The notes beneath the pieces were generated by a model, which worked only from the letters and a program-made list of their open reading frames with translations, made no database searches and was not told the origin of the DNA. A DNA stretch of 59,265 nt from Malacoraja senta (taxonomy: Eukaryota). Positions 38,230 to 51,300 of the stretch are shown here, in pieces. The position numbers and the translations under genes were made by a program. The stretch covers positions 1-59,265 of the forward strand of contig JAXLNO010000048.1 of assembly GCA_038087875.1 (NCBI GenBank). Direction: 5' to 3'. The first letter of the stretch is position 1, and each line of letters starts with the position of its first letter.

Positions 38230-39925
38230 ATAGGCTAACAAATCCGGATGTTACCCTGTTTACGGATGGCAGCTCATCCATTATTGAAAAGGGAGAGTGG
38301 TTGTCAGGCTATGTGATTGTTAATCAGAAGGGAACGACCGTTGACGCGGCGTCTTTTGAGGCTCCCTTCTAGGCCCAGCTAGCCAAACTATTTGCGCTGA
38401 CTAGAGCCTGCACATGGCCAAAGGACTATCTGCAAATATTTACACGGACTCCCAATATGCTTTTGGAGTGGTTCATGATTACGGACAATTACAGAAGAAT
38501 CTGGGGTTTCTAACCTCTTCAGGGACAGTGATATCTCACAAAAATTGGTTTCTAATTTGCTTCAGGCCATTCAGTTACCCAGTCAGCTTGCTGTTATCAA
38601 AGTTAGAGCCCATACTACAGGCCAAAGCCCCATGGACATAGGAAATTGCCTTGCCGACGAGGCAGCTAAGAGAGCTTATAGGAGTTACCAAATTGTTGTG
38701 CCCCACATGATGAGGCAGACTAAAAATTCTACTAGGAATAAGTCTCTCTTGAAAAAAGGAATGCCAACCATCCAGGAAGTACTTCAAATACAGGAGGACG
38801 CTCCTGCACAGGCAAAACAGCTGTGGCAGGACCAGGGTTGTGTGTACGATCCTGTCACTAGCTTATGGGTTATGCCTGCCGCCCAGACTTGCATGTCTGA
38901 CAAGCTTGCGTTGTGGGTTATTGAATGTGTACACTTTGCAACTCATTGTGGTGCCAAGGCCGTAAGTGATATGCTTTTAGAGACCTGGTGGCATCCGAAA
39001 CTTCTGGACTTGTCCCAGTGTATCAGCCAGTGATGTCTGATTTGCCAGCAGCATAATCCAGGGAAAGGCTTGCCCTGTGAACCAGGTAAGACCCCTTTAC
39101 CAGCAAATCCCTTTGAGACCTTGCCAATGGACTACATTGAGTTGAAAAGATGTCAGTGTTATAAGTATGTTCTTGTAATTGTCGATGTTTTCAGTAAATG
39201 GATTGAAGCATGCCCGACCACTGACAATAAGGCCTCTACTATTGTAAATATATAGTTACGCGAAATCATACCGCGATTCGGTGTTCCTGCGCATTTAAGT
39301 TCAGATAATGGTCCTCATTTTATTGGTGCTGGAAACAAAGAAATGTGCCAAAAATTACAGATACGTCAACAGCTCCATTGTGCGTATCGACCTCAGGCCG
39401 TCGGATTGGTGGAATGGGCAAATCAGACTTTGAAAACCAAATTAGCTAAATTAGTGGCATTGACTGGCTCAACATGGTTAAAACTGCTTCCTGTAGCTCT
39501 TTTTCAGAATACGGACCACTCCTTCTGGTACGGCACGACTAACGCCTGCAGAAATCATATATAGTCGACCTTTATGGACGCCATGGAATGACCATTCCCC
39601 CGCAGCGGTCCATTTCCACCAGATGACTGAGGAAATGACATCCTATGTATTAACTTTAACCCGTGCTTTGCGAACTTCTCAATCACAGGTCAGGGCTGCA
39701 TATGGTGAGGAGCCAGCGCTCAAAGTTCCATCTTATATTGAGCCAGGTTGCTATATGCTGGTCAGGAACTGGACGCGTAAGCACCTGGACCCACGTTGGG
39801 ATGGTCCCTTCCAGGTCCTCCTCACCACTCCGACCGCTGCCAAGGTTGAGGGTCATGCTGCATGGCTTCATCTGCACCACTGCAAATTGATTGGGGAGCC
39901 CAATCAAAAGGGGGGAGAAGAGTAA
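38230..39925 (+). pseudogene. pol remnant: RNase H and integrase (protease and RT missing)
   Basis: LFTDGSS, NIYTDSQYAFG, H-x3-H...C-x2-C, MDYIEL, VIVDVFSKWIEA, SDNGPHF and PRWDGPFQVLLTTPTAAKV. Confidence 0.92.
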
Positions 39926-40213
39926 TTTTATTTTCAACTCCGTTTTTTTGTTTTTACATTTCTGCTTTGCTTGGGGGCTGTATCATTATAAGTTTAGTTG
40001 TATCATTATAAATTTAGTTGTATCCTTATAAGTTTAGTTTTGAATCTTAATAAGTTTAGTTTTGAATCCTTATTTTGCTATATGGTTAAGAATATGTGAC
40101 TGATTACTGGACTGACTGACTGAAGGATGTGTAAATTGAGTGAATAGTTGTTTAAGCTAATTAAGTAAGAAATTAGCTTTTTGTGAGCCTTTGCATATTC
40201 CAGATAAATTAAA

Positions 40214-41380
40214 ATGAGGTGATTCATCCTGCTATGCATCCTGATGCTACTACAGATGGAGGGAAATGAAGGAAACATTTGACGATGTGTCCCGGGACAA
40301 ACAAGCAGAGTCTTTCACCTCTGCAAAGGAGATGTGGTACAGTGCAAAGGCCCGGATGCCTTTGGATCCTGGAACATCACCAAGATTGACTACTGCAATG
40401 GGATAATGCGTCAGCCTGATCGGCAAGTAGACTTAGATAACCGACACTTGTGGGAATTACCCTGTTGGTTTCGGGAGTGCAAATTTGACTTTTTCTGCAG
40501 ACGGAATCCTTGGAAGACAACTCGGCAAAGGAACATTTGTATGATGGACTATGCTATCGAGAAGCATTAGAAGTCTACCCTTGTTTACAGGAGAAAGAAC
40601 ATGAGAAAAGACACGGGAAAAACTGGCATTGGAAGAAACAGACATGTTAATGTTTATACAAGCCCATAATGAACTATTTGGTAAAGGACAAATTGTGTGT
40701 TACCTTGCTATGAAATCAGTTAGTAGCCTCTTTGCAATGTCTCCAGAGTGCGGGAGGACTGAACGGTTAGTAAGGTGTCAAGGTGAGAAGTCAGTTCCGG
40801 TCTAAACTGTCACCAACTGTTTGCCACTACCTTGTGACAATAAGCATTCTTACCCGGGTTGTGAGGACAAGACTTATCAGAAATGCGTCTGTTCTCTTTA
40901 CAGAATAGATATGCCTTATACTATCTGTTGGCCCGTGAGGGAGGGATGCGTGCTATTGTGAAAGACAGATGTAAGATGGGAATTCAGGACAGAACTAATA
41001 ACATCACCAAACATCAAAATGACATTATTTCCCTGCTCGATGGGATGAAGGAGGGTATTGAATGGGGAGACTGGGGATTTGGGGAATTATATAATTGGAT
41101 CATTAGTAGGGCCATATATGCAGCAATAGTGGTTTTGTATTTGTTCGTGGGAATTGCTATTGTTAAATGTATTATTGCTAGACTAATGACAGCCTTGGGT
41201 AATGTGGAAACTGGTGAGAAGATATTATTGCAACATCTAGAAGAAGACATTCCAATGTTGAAGGGTGAGGAAGTTGAAAGGATGGTAAATGCACAGGTTG
41301 AGAAAGAATTGTTAGAAGACGAATGTATTAGAATTAATAAAATGGAGATAGACCAGTGGTATGAAGCCCAGAATAGTTGA
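40214..41380 (+). pseudogene. env remnant (signal peptide, partial SU, TM)
   Basis: MR*FILLCILMLLQ is in frame with Cys-rich ORF 40334-40570; immunosuppressive-domain-like LQNRYALYYLLAREGG; hydrophobic anchor AIYAAIVVLYLFVGIAIV. Confidence 0.85.
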
Positions 41381-41594
41381 GCACCGTAAGGGCTAGGATA
41401 TGAAGCACAGCCGAGGAGTAGGGAACAGCATTGGTGTCAACAAGCCAGCCTGCCGACCTACGTGGTCCGGGTTTTGGGGGCTATAAAGCATCTCAAGGTT
41501 AGGAATAAATTTGGATGACTAATAAGCCAATGCTGATGAGTCTCTGCCTGTGTTATTATCCTATTAGTGGTCATGATATGACCAGAAGAGGGAA

Positions 41595-42771
41595 TGATAA
41601 AATATTATATAATAGAATTGCTCGGATAGTAACTTTCAGGTTTTGAACCTATGTTAAGTTGTAAGAAAAGCTTAAGGTTTTCAGAAACACATGTATCCTA
41701 AAGAAATAAAGTACAAAGAAACACATACAGCGAACAGATGAATCAAAACATAGAAACGCTAATCTGAACCTGTATAGCTTAGTTTATTGCTTTGACGCAA
41801 TTATAACGCTGGAGGAAATTGTATTTGATATGATTTTGTGTTGAATGGATAGCTGAATAGGGCCTCTTACAGAATTTAAGGCTGAGGGATAATAGACTCT
41901 GTGGTTAGCTTTGGCTATGTTAAATTATAATGAGGTTGAGATAAGGGATCGAGCAGCTGTAGTTTTGAGGTAATGGTCTGAAGTTGTAAATTTACCCTGT
42001 GTTCTGTAATATTTGTAAAAGACCTTGCAGGGAGATTGAAAATCCATCTCCCAGAGATAGCAGGAAAGGGAGGCTGTAATGTAGAATGAAGCTGTATCCT
42101 GGCACCAAACACTTATCGATTAAGTTGACAGATTTACGACCCATGTATGCTTGGAGTTGGGAGGTGTGTGTGGGTTTTGAATTTAACTTAGAAGCTGTGT
42201 AATTCGGTGAACTCATATAATTAATGTTTTTAATACATAGGTAATGGTATTTTAAACTGTGTAAAATTGTAGTGAAACCATTTATGAAATGTATTGTGTC
42301 TTAGTAGGACTGTAAACATTAGACTTTGTTTAGATTTATAGAAATATCTTTCTTCTTGGTATGGAAAATGTGTTTGTTTGTATGACTTGTGTGATCATTG
42401 TATTATATGTGTGTATCTTATATTTTGACGAGTGGTCTTTGATAATTGAGCCTACTGGGGTTTTGCTTTGTTGAAATAAAATAATTCTAAACAAAGTTAA
42501 ACCACAGGCAAACGAAGGTTGTAAAATGAGGCCACAGAAGGGGGGATCGTGTGACTGCTGTTGTAAATCACCAGACGGACTCCGTTGATTGGTTACTAGT
42601 TTGTCATACCCTCTGTATCTGAAATGTCTAATACCTATATAAATGCCATGAGTTTGTATCAAAGTTACTAAATTCTCTGGACCCGCCCCAGAGCTTCCAG
42701 AACTCGATTTCAACAGCTACAAGCGTTTGAGTCAAGTTGACTTTAGATTGACAAAAGAACTCAGTTTAACA
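41595..42771 (+). repeat. 3' LTR (1177 bp)
   Basis: Starts TG right after the PPT; ends TTTAACA before the TSD. Confidence 0.93.
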
Positions 42772-44646
42772 CAGGTGAACCTCTGCCGCACCTGGAAAGG
42801 CTGCTTAGGTCCTCGGATGGAGTCAAGGGGGGAGGTAAAGCGACAAGTGTAGCATTTCCTGCGGTTGCAAGGGAAAGTACCAGGGTAGGGGGTGGTTTGG
42901 GTGGGAAGGGACGAATTGACCAGGGAGTTACAGAGGGAGCGGTCTCTGCGGAAAGCCGACAGGGAAGAAGATGGGAAGATGTGGCCAGTGGTGGGATCCC
43001 GTTGGAGGTGGCGAAAATGTCAGAGGATTATCTGTTGTATATGACGGCTGGTAGGGTGGAAGGTGAGGACAAGGGGGACTCTGCCCTTTTCAGTGGGGGG
43101 ATGGGGAGTGAGAGCAGGATTACGGGATATAGAAGAGACCCTGGTGAGAGCCTCATCTATAGTCGAAGAGGGGACCCCCCGTTCCCTAAAGAATGAGGAC
43201 ATCTCCGATGCCCTGGTTTGGAACACCTCATCCTGGGTGCAGAAGCGATGTAGACGGAGGAATTGGGAGTTGGGGATAGAGTCCTTACAAGAAGCAGGAT
43301 GGGAAGAAGTGTAGTCCAGATAGCCATGGGAGTCAGTGGGTTTGTAGTAGATGTCGGTCAGAAGTCTGTTGCTGCGATGTACTGGGGTCTAGAAACGGTA
43401 GGGAGATGTCGGAAATGGTCCATGTGAATTTGAGTGCCGGATGGATGTTCGTGGTGAAATGGATGATGTCAGTGAGTTCTGCATGGGTGCAGGAGGTAGC
43501 ACCAATGCAGTCGTCGATGTAGCGGATGTAGCTTTTGGGAATAGGGCCATGGTACGCCTCGAACAAGGATTGTTCAACGTACCCTACAAAGAGACAGGCA
43601 TAGCTGGGGCCCATGCACGTGCCCAAAGCTACGCCTTGGATTTGGAGGAAATGGGAGGAGTCAAACAAAATGTTGTTGAGGGTAAGGAGCAGCTCCACTA
43701 GGTGGAGGAGAGTATCGGTAGACGGGGATTGGTTGGTTCTGCGGTCGAGGAAGAAACGGAGGGCTTTAAGACCCTCCTGGTGGGGGATGGAGGTGTAGAG
43801 TGATTGGACATCCATGGTGAAGATGAGGGAATTGGGGCCTGGAAAACGGAAGTCATGGAGGAGACGAAGAGCATGCGAGGTGTCTTGGACATAGGTAGGG
43901 AGGGATTTAACCAGGGGGGATAGGATGGAGTCGAGGTAAGTGGAAATAAGTTTGGTGGGACACGGACAAGCAAAACCAATGGGTCTGCCAGGAAAGTCAG
44001 GTTTGTGGATTTGGGGGAGAAGGTAAAATCGGGCCTGCGGGGCTGGGGAGTGATGATGTTGGAGGCTTGGGAGTGCAGGGAGCTAGAAGTGATGAAGCCA
44101 GTGATAGTGTTGGAGATAATGGCCTGGTGCTCGTCTGTGGGGTCATGGTCCAAGGATAAGTAAGAGGAGGTGTCTCATTGGTTTTTTTTTAGCTAGTTTT
44201 CCAAGAAAAAACTGCAGTAATCAAAGCCCAAAAGGGTAGGATGGGGCTGAAACTCCGTGTTTAGACGTTGGAATGTTTTCTTTATCATTCTAAAAGAATG
44301 ATTTCCCAACTCTAGTGGTAATTAAACTTTTGTTTCACTCCTATTTTTAGGATGTTCAAAAAGTTGAATAAAATAAACACTTAAGAAATGAGTTAATTTA
44401 TGATTTTTGCTCATGTGACAAAATAAATTATATATAAAATTATACACAAGGACGAAATATTATATTATAATATTATCACATTATAAGACGAAAATTACCA
44501 AAAAACATAAGAAAATTTAGTCGAGGGAGAATTACATTTTGTGATAAAGACTCAACGGTGAATGACACTTAAATAATTTAAGAAGCACTAAATAATGGTG
44601 CCCCAAATGTACGTGCTTGTTAAAATTCTATGTTTTGAGACACTAA

Positions 44647-45393
44647 TGGGCCTGTCCCACTTAGGCGATTTTTCAGGCGACTGCCAGCGACTGTCGAGTT
44701 GTAGCAGGTTGCTGAAAAACCGGCGACTGGAACGGCAACTGTCAGAGTGGTACACACACACACACACATTGCTTCCTTCACCAGCCAGTTATGCAGGTGG
44801 GGGACAGGGCAAGCAGGGGGAGCGCTGTCTGAGTGAAATTCACACGTTGCAAAGCCAATGTGATACGGACACACACCACGACGAACTGGAAGGTTGTCGC
44901 TGCAATTAAGACGGTCAAAGCACAGTGTACGGGAAGGGTCACATAAGTCCTTTAAGGGGGGGGAGAGGGGGGAGACTGGGTGGGTAGAAGACAACTTTTA
45001 AGAAGCCAGAGATACACGGCTGTGAAGCTCAGCGGACATTAACATTACTGGTCGGTTATCCTTACTGTTTACGTTTTTTCCCCAATGAGCCAATGAAATT
45101 CAGTCAGCAACAGCGACAACCTACGACAACTTACGACCTCCTGTCGATCCACTACCACTGCACCTACGTCACGAGAATGCTCGTTACTCTCCATGGCGTC
45201 AAAATTCTGGTCGCCGCTAATTTTTCAACATGTTGAAAAATTAGCGGCGACCAGAATGCCGTTACGACTTGTTGCGAGTCTGAGGGCACTACTCACGACC
45301 ATGAAAGCGACTCCCGGCAACCACCCACGAACATGTGGCGACCGCATCGTCTCCTGTCGTTGCCTAAAAAGTCGCCTAAGTGGGACAGGCCCA
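44647..45393. mobile_element. PIF/Harbinger-type MITE
   Basis: TIRs TGGGCCTGTCCCACTTAGGCGA / TCGCCTAAGTGGGACAGGCCCA; flanks TAA and TAG. Confidence 0.85.
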
Positions 45394-46039
45394 TAGGGCA
45401 ACATAGTGGTATCCTTTTATTTCATCTAAAGAACCAAGATATTCAAATTTCAATTAAGCTTCCTCATCCAGAGTTGAGCATATCGAACATGCTAATACGG
45501 ACAGTCATTGAAAGGTGTTGAACAAAACGGAGGCTAAACAATGAGGGAGACAGAACAAGGCTGGAATGATGTATAATGTCGCTAGGGATTGATGGGGTGT
45601 AAAACAAGTTCATTCATCTAGAAGTTTATTTCATAGTTAATAGAAAGCAGAGAGGATGAGACGGAGTTTCTTCCCACAGACCATCAGGAATGTAAACTCT
45701 GATCTCACCAGGGCGTAATTACTGTTGTGTCTTTTTTTTAAACTGGTTCTGTTCTGTTGCTTTGCGCAATCCCGCAGACATTGCCACTTTCATTTCACTG
45801 TACATCTTGTGACAAATAAAGTTGACTTAATCATTTTCAATATCACCCTTTAGCTTTTGATCACAAATTTCAAAGTACTGTAATTCGTTGACAGGGTCTT
45901 GATCCGAAACTTCTTTTATCTCCTTACTGATAGTGCCTGATTTGCTCGGTGTTTTCAGCGGTTTCGGCATCATTCCACATTCTCCTCTCTGCGGGAGGGC
46001 CGGGTAGCTTCATCTCCATGTCGAGTGGCACAAACTTGG

Positions 46040-46340
46040 TCTCCAAACTCGCGAGAGCTGTGGCTCCACGCCGGTGGCTGGCGCCAAACTGCGCTCTCCT
46101 GTTGTCACTATGGCGGCTGGAAAAGAGTTGAGGAGCCGGAACCTGCCCTGGTAAGAGAAGCGGGGAAGGGAGAGCGGCTCAAGGGGGGAGGAGGGGGGGA
46201 GGAGGGGAGGGGAGGGGAGGGTGGACGGGCCGAATGGCGCTGGAGCAGCTGCGGGAGCCAGCGCGAGTCCCGGGGACGTTGAAGGAGGGAGGGAGGGAGC
46301 GGGCGGGTGAGCGGCGCTCGCGCCAGATTTGAAAGCAAAC
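46040..46340 (+). promoter_or_regulatory. CpG-island promoter region with cell-cycle and housekeeping motifs
   Basis: ACTCGCGAGA (46047-46056, BANP-type); GCGCCAAA (46081-46088, E2F TTTGGCGC on minus); CGCGC-N4-TTTGAA (46319-46333, CDE/CHR-like). Confidence 0.65.
46110..46150 (+). CDS. RFC5: Replication factor C subunit 5, first coding exon (partial CDS)
   Basis: ACTATGG start context; MAAGKELRSRNLP(W) ends TG|GTAAGA. RNLPW precedes VEKYRP in RFC5. Only 14 residues are visible and exon 2 was not found in the window. Confidence 0.75.
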
Positions 46341-46701
46341 GGAATGTCCACGCGCCCGCCCGCCCGCTGCAGAGCGGCCTGAACATGAACCGGAGCCGGA
46401 GGACGGGGGGCCGGGACCAGGGCCGCTGTGGAACATGAAGCAGCTCTGCAACTTAACCGGGGCCTCTTGCGTGATGATGTACTAGCGAGCAAAGGCATAT
46501 GCATGAGCCGGGGACCCGTACCTCGATAATACAACGTAAACTTAGATTTTTGCAAATGCCTCGTAGCATTATTTTAGTCTTAAAGTGGTCAGCAACTCGC
46601 AGCTGAATCTCAAGTCATAGGTCTGGAGCATTGCCATTTGCATCCGGTAGTCCAGACAGTTGTATGCAAAGATCATAGAGCTCTATGATCTTTGGTTTGT
46701 T

Positions 46702-46898
46702 GACGGACACAAAATGTTGTAGACGGACACAAAATGCTGCAGTAACTCAGCTGGACAGGCAGTATCTCTGGAGAGAAAGGTCTCGACCCGAAACGTCACC
46801 CATTCCTTCTCTCCACAGATGCTGCTTGTCCCGCTGAGTTACTTCAATATCATGTGTCTATCTTCGATGTAAACTAACATCTGTAGTTCCTTCCTACA
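46702..46898. mobile_element. Penelope-derived fold-back mini element with central deletion
   Basis: Inverted arms GACACAAAATGCTGCAGTAACTCAGC / GCTGAGTTACTTCAATATCATGTGTC, with GGTCTCGACCCGAAACGTC inside. Confidence 0.7.
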
Positions 46899-47115
46899 AA
46901 GTTTTATGTTGTGGCGCCGTTCGCACCGCCGAAACACAATTGCCCCGCCCTGTAGGACTGCACTGTTAACCCCTAAGATAGGACTGAAAGTTTGCATTTT
47001 ATCCAGGTACACTGAGAAGATTCGCATCCTGTGGTTATTGGTGGTGTTTAATTTCCGCCCACTGTGTACTCGAATTGCACCTCGGCAACTGACTTCCTAC
47101 ATAAATATCTTAGTG

Positions 47116-48015
47116 ACAACATCAACAACAATCAGTTTTATTCATCACATTGCACATAAAGTGCAAGTGAAATGAATTTGCCAGCAGCGGTACAATGATA
47201 AAGAACACACAAAGACACACTAAAAGTTTAACACAAGCAGTCCTACAGTGATGAATGCTGTGGTGGAAGGCACAAAATTTGGCCAGTCCTCCTCCATTTC
47301 CCCCCGTGGTCGGGACCTCACCCCTCCGCAGCCGCCGCTGCGGGCGCCTAGATGTACAGACAGGTAAAAGTGCAGGTAAGTTCAGAATCGGCTCTTCCCC
47401 ACCGGAGACCGCGGCTTCAGGTTGGTGTAGGCCACAGGCCGGCGGTTGGAGATTTAAAGTCCCCACCGCGCCGCAGCCGGAAGCACCGCAGTCCGCAGGG
47501 CCGGCAGTCGAAGCTCCCCTCCAGGGATCCCCGACAAGGGACCCCGGGTCCTGATGGTAAGTCCACGCCGGGCCCGCGGTAGAAGTTGGCCGCAGGCCGG
47601 CAGTCGGAGTCGGAGTTACTTCCCCCGGGTCCCCAGCGAGGGATCCCAGGTTGCGGACGCAGCGCCAGCTGGAGCTCTGCAGACCACGGCTTCAGGCTGC
47701 CGCGGGCCAGCGAAACGGAGCGCTCCCCTCCGGCGAGGGCTCGCCCGCTCCACACCGAGAGTCCGCGCTGCGCCCGCAGCTGATGCCCCGGGCGCTTCTC
47801 CGGGAAAGGCCGCCCGATCCTCGTTAGACCACGGGGGAGGCGACATAGAAAAAGTCGCCTCTTCGTGGAGGCGGCGACCAAAACGGTTTCCCCCACACCA
47901 CCCCCCACACAAGACACACGAAGAAACATTAAAACCATACTTTAAAACACATTAAAAAAGTTGAAAAGACTAATACGCTGCTGACAGGGCTGCCGGCTTG
48001 CAGCGCCCCCACCGA
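47116..48015 (-). mobile_element. Unclassified GC-rich element
   Basis: Shares CTGTGGTGGAAGGCA, CAGACCACGGCTTCA and the 5' end motif with 21630-22447. Confidence 0.65.
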
Positions 48016-48372
48016 CCTCAATGTAAATTAAAGGGCCTGTCCCACTTGGCCGTCATTTACGTGACAGGCCGGTAGTGACTGACGCGCGACAGTCACGCGC
48101 GTCATCACCCGTCATCATGCGCCTTCAAATATTTTATCTGCTCTGCAAGTAGAATTAGTCAGCGTATTGACATAATTTGTTTAGTGAAACATTGATAAAA
48201 TTATTGTTTGCTGGAAAAATTCATTTACTTTTAAACTTTCTGAAATACTCCCAACAAACACAAAATTGTATTCCATTATAGCAGTTTGAAGGTTTGAACC
48301 CAGCTTAAGAATTAGTTTGCAATTTAAAAAAAAAATTGTTTTAGTAAAATTGTTGGTAGTTATTTAAAAAAA

Positions 48373-51300
48373 CGAAGGTACACAAAAATGCTGGAGAAAC
48401 TCAGCGGGTGCAGCAGCATCTATGGAGCGAAGGAGATAGGCAACGTTTCGGGCCGAAACCCTTCTTCAGACTGATAGGGGGTGGGGGGAGGCGGGGAGAA
48501 GAAAGGAAGGAAAAAGGAGGAGCCCGAGGGCTAAGGTGGGAAGGGGAGGAGACAGCAAGGGTTAACAGAATTGTGAGAATTCAATGTTCATGCCACCAGG
48601 ATGCAGACTCCCCAAGCGGAATATGAGATGCTGTTCCTCCAATTTCCGGTGTCGCTCACTCTGGCTGTGGAGGAGACCCAGTACAGAGAGGTCGGATACG
48701 GAATGGGAGGGGTAGTTGAAGTGCTGAGGTCAGGTTGGTTAGTGCGGACCGAGCGAAGGTGTTCGGCGAAACGGTCGCCAACGATTTAGATCAGCTGACA
48801 TCTAGAGCAGCGGATGCAATAGATGAGATTGGAGGAGGTGCAGGTGAACCTCTATCGCACCTGGAACGACTGCTTGGGTCCTTGAATGGAGTCGAGGGGG
48901 GAGGTAAAGCGACAGGTGTAGCATCTCTTGCGGTTGCAAGGGAAAGTGCCCGGGGAAGGGGTGGAGCGGGAGGGAAGGGAAGAATTGACAAGGGAGTTGC
49001 GGAAGGAGCAGTCTTTGTGGAAGGCAGACAGGGGGGGAGATGGGAAGATGTGGCGAGTGGTGGAGTCACGTTGGAGGTGGCGAAACTGACGGAGGACTAT
49101 TTGTTGTATGTGCCGGCTAGTGGGGTGAAAGGTGAGGACCAGGGGGACTCTGCCCTTGTTGCGAGTGGGGGGATGGGGAGAGAGAGCAGTGTTACGGGGT
49201 ATGGAGGAGACCCTGGTGCGAGCCTCATCTATAGTGGGGGAGGGGAACCCCCGTTCCCTGAAGAAAGGACATTTGCGATGCCCTGGTGTGGAACACCTCA
49301 TCCTGGGAGCAGATGCGGCGTAGACGGAGGAATTGGGAATAGGGGATGGAGTCCTTACAGGAAGCAGGGTGGGAGGAAGAGTAGTCAAGATAGCCGTGGG
49401 AGTCAGTGGGTTTATAGTGGATGTCGGTCAGAAGTCTATCACCTGAGATGGAGATAGTGAGGTCAAGGAATGTTAGAAATGTGTCGGAAATGGTCCAGGT
49501 GTATTTGAGTGCCGGATGGAAGTTAGTGGTGAAGCGGATAAAGTCAGTCAGTTGTGTGTGGGTGCAGGAGGTGGCACCAAAGCAGTCGTCGATGTAGCGG
49601 AGGTAGAGGTCGGGGATGGGGCCCTGGTACGCCTGGAACAAGGATTGTTCGACATACCCGACAAAGAGGCAGGCGTAGCTGGGGCCCATGCGCGTGCCCA
49701 TAGCTACGCCTTGTATTTGGAGGAAATGGGAGGAGTCAAACGAGAAGTTATTGAGGGTAAGGACCAACTCCGCTAGGCGGAGGAGAGTATCGGTGGACGG
49801 GTATTGGTTGCTCCTCCGGTCGAGGAAGAACCGGAGGGCTTTGAGACCGTCCTGGTGGGGGATGGAGGTGTAGAGTGACTGGACGTCCATGGTGAAGATG
49901 AGAGGATGGGGGCCTAGAGAATGGAATGCGCGGAGACGACGGAGAGTGTCTGAGGTGTCTTGAACATAGGTAGGGAGGGATTTAACCAAGGGGGATAGGA
50001 TGGAGTCAAGGTATGTGGAAATGAGTTCGGTAGGGCACGAACAGGCAGAGACAATGGCCTGCCAGGACAGTCAGGTTTGTGGATTTTGGGGAGAAGGTAA
50101 AATCGGGCCGTGCGGGGCTGGGGAACGATGAGGTTGGAGGCTCGGGGGGGGCAGGGCGTCGGAGTTGATGAAGTCGGTGATGGTGCTAGAGATGGTGGCC
50201 TGGTGCTCGTCAGTGGGGTCATGGTCCAGGGGTAAGTAGGAGGAGGTGTCCGAGAGTTGGCGCGTGGCCTCAGCTTTGTAGAGATCGACGCGCCAGACTA
50301 CCACGGCACCTCCCTTGTCGGCGGGTTTGATAACCCAGTCTGGGTTGTTGCGGAGTGAGTCGATGGCAGTACGTTCGGGGAGGGAGAGATTGGAGTGGGA
50401 CAGGCGAGTGGAGAAGTTGAGGCAGTTGATGTCGTGACGGCAGTTTTGGATAAAAAGTTCTAAAGCCGGAGGGCCACGAGGAGGGGGTGCATTGGAGACG
50501 GGAAAAGGGATCATCAATGGTGGGCGCGAACTCCTTCCCGTGGAAGAATGCTGTGAGGCGGAGGCGACGGTAGAAGAGGTCCAAGTCGTGGTGGGCGCGG
50601 AACTCATTGAGGTGGGGACGGAGGGGGACAAAGGTAAGACCTCTGCTGAGGACCGACCGTTCGGTGTCTGAGAGGGGGAGGTCGGGGGGTATGGTGAACA
50701 TCCGGCAGGGATGGGGGTTAGGGTCGGAGGAAGGCAGGTGACTGGACTGGGGACGAGGCGACATGTGGTGGGGTGGTAGAGGGTGGTCAGGGGGTGGGGG
50801 GGTATGAGGGCTGTAGTGTGGGTAGGGAAGACCAGGGGTAAAATAGTTTGGGGGGGGTGGGGAAGACCCAGTGGAACAGCCACAGGTAAACGGGATTGGG
50901 CAGACTAGCACTAGGACCCAGTGCAGTCAAACCCAGAGGAGTGGGAATCAGCAGCGTGGAGGCTTCAGGCCCACTGCAGAGACCAGTTTGCATGTAGGGC
51001 GACGGCTGCGGGCTGCTGGAGGGCGGTGGAGTGGAGAGGGTCGGCGGACCCGATGGTAGGAGTCCGCGGCAGTGGGGTCCGGGTCGGCGGGCGATGCGTG
51101 GGAGGTCCCGGGGGGCGGCGAGGTTCGGCGGTCGCGTTATGGTGGCGGTAGTCGGAGGAATCGGCGAGGGGAAGAAAGTCCGAGTTACCATTGAACCGGC
51201 GAGGCTGGGCATCATCGGTAGGCAGGTGAAGGTTGGCGGCAACATCGACGTGGAGGTTGGCGAAGGCGGCGTCTTGGTAAGTACTGGAGGCGCTCCTCGT

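Larger units (their letters stand above)
35989..42771 (+). mobile_element. Endogenous retrovirus (class I, epsilon/gamma-like), internally deleted
   Basis: TG...CA termini; 4-bp TSD CAGG (35985-35988 and 42772-42775); two LTRs; PPT AGAAGAGGGAA at 41584-41594; gag, RNase H, IN and env remnants. Confidence 0.93.
29667..44175 (-). mobile_element. 5'-truncated Penelope-like element split by Tx1 and ERV insertions (pieces 29667-30010, 35923-35988, 42772-44175)
   Basis: MDVQSLYTSIP, QIQGVALGTCMGPSYA and YIRYIDD. Pieces align collinearly with the element at 48373-52123 across both insertions. Confidence 0.9.

Noticed and set aside
46010..46555. 181-aa minus-strand ORF over the CpG island
   Set aside because: Expected from high GC content; no recognisable domain, and antisense to the RFC5 exon.
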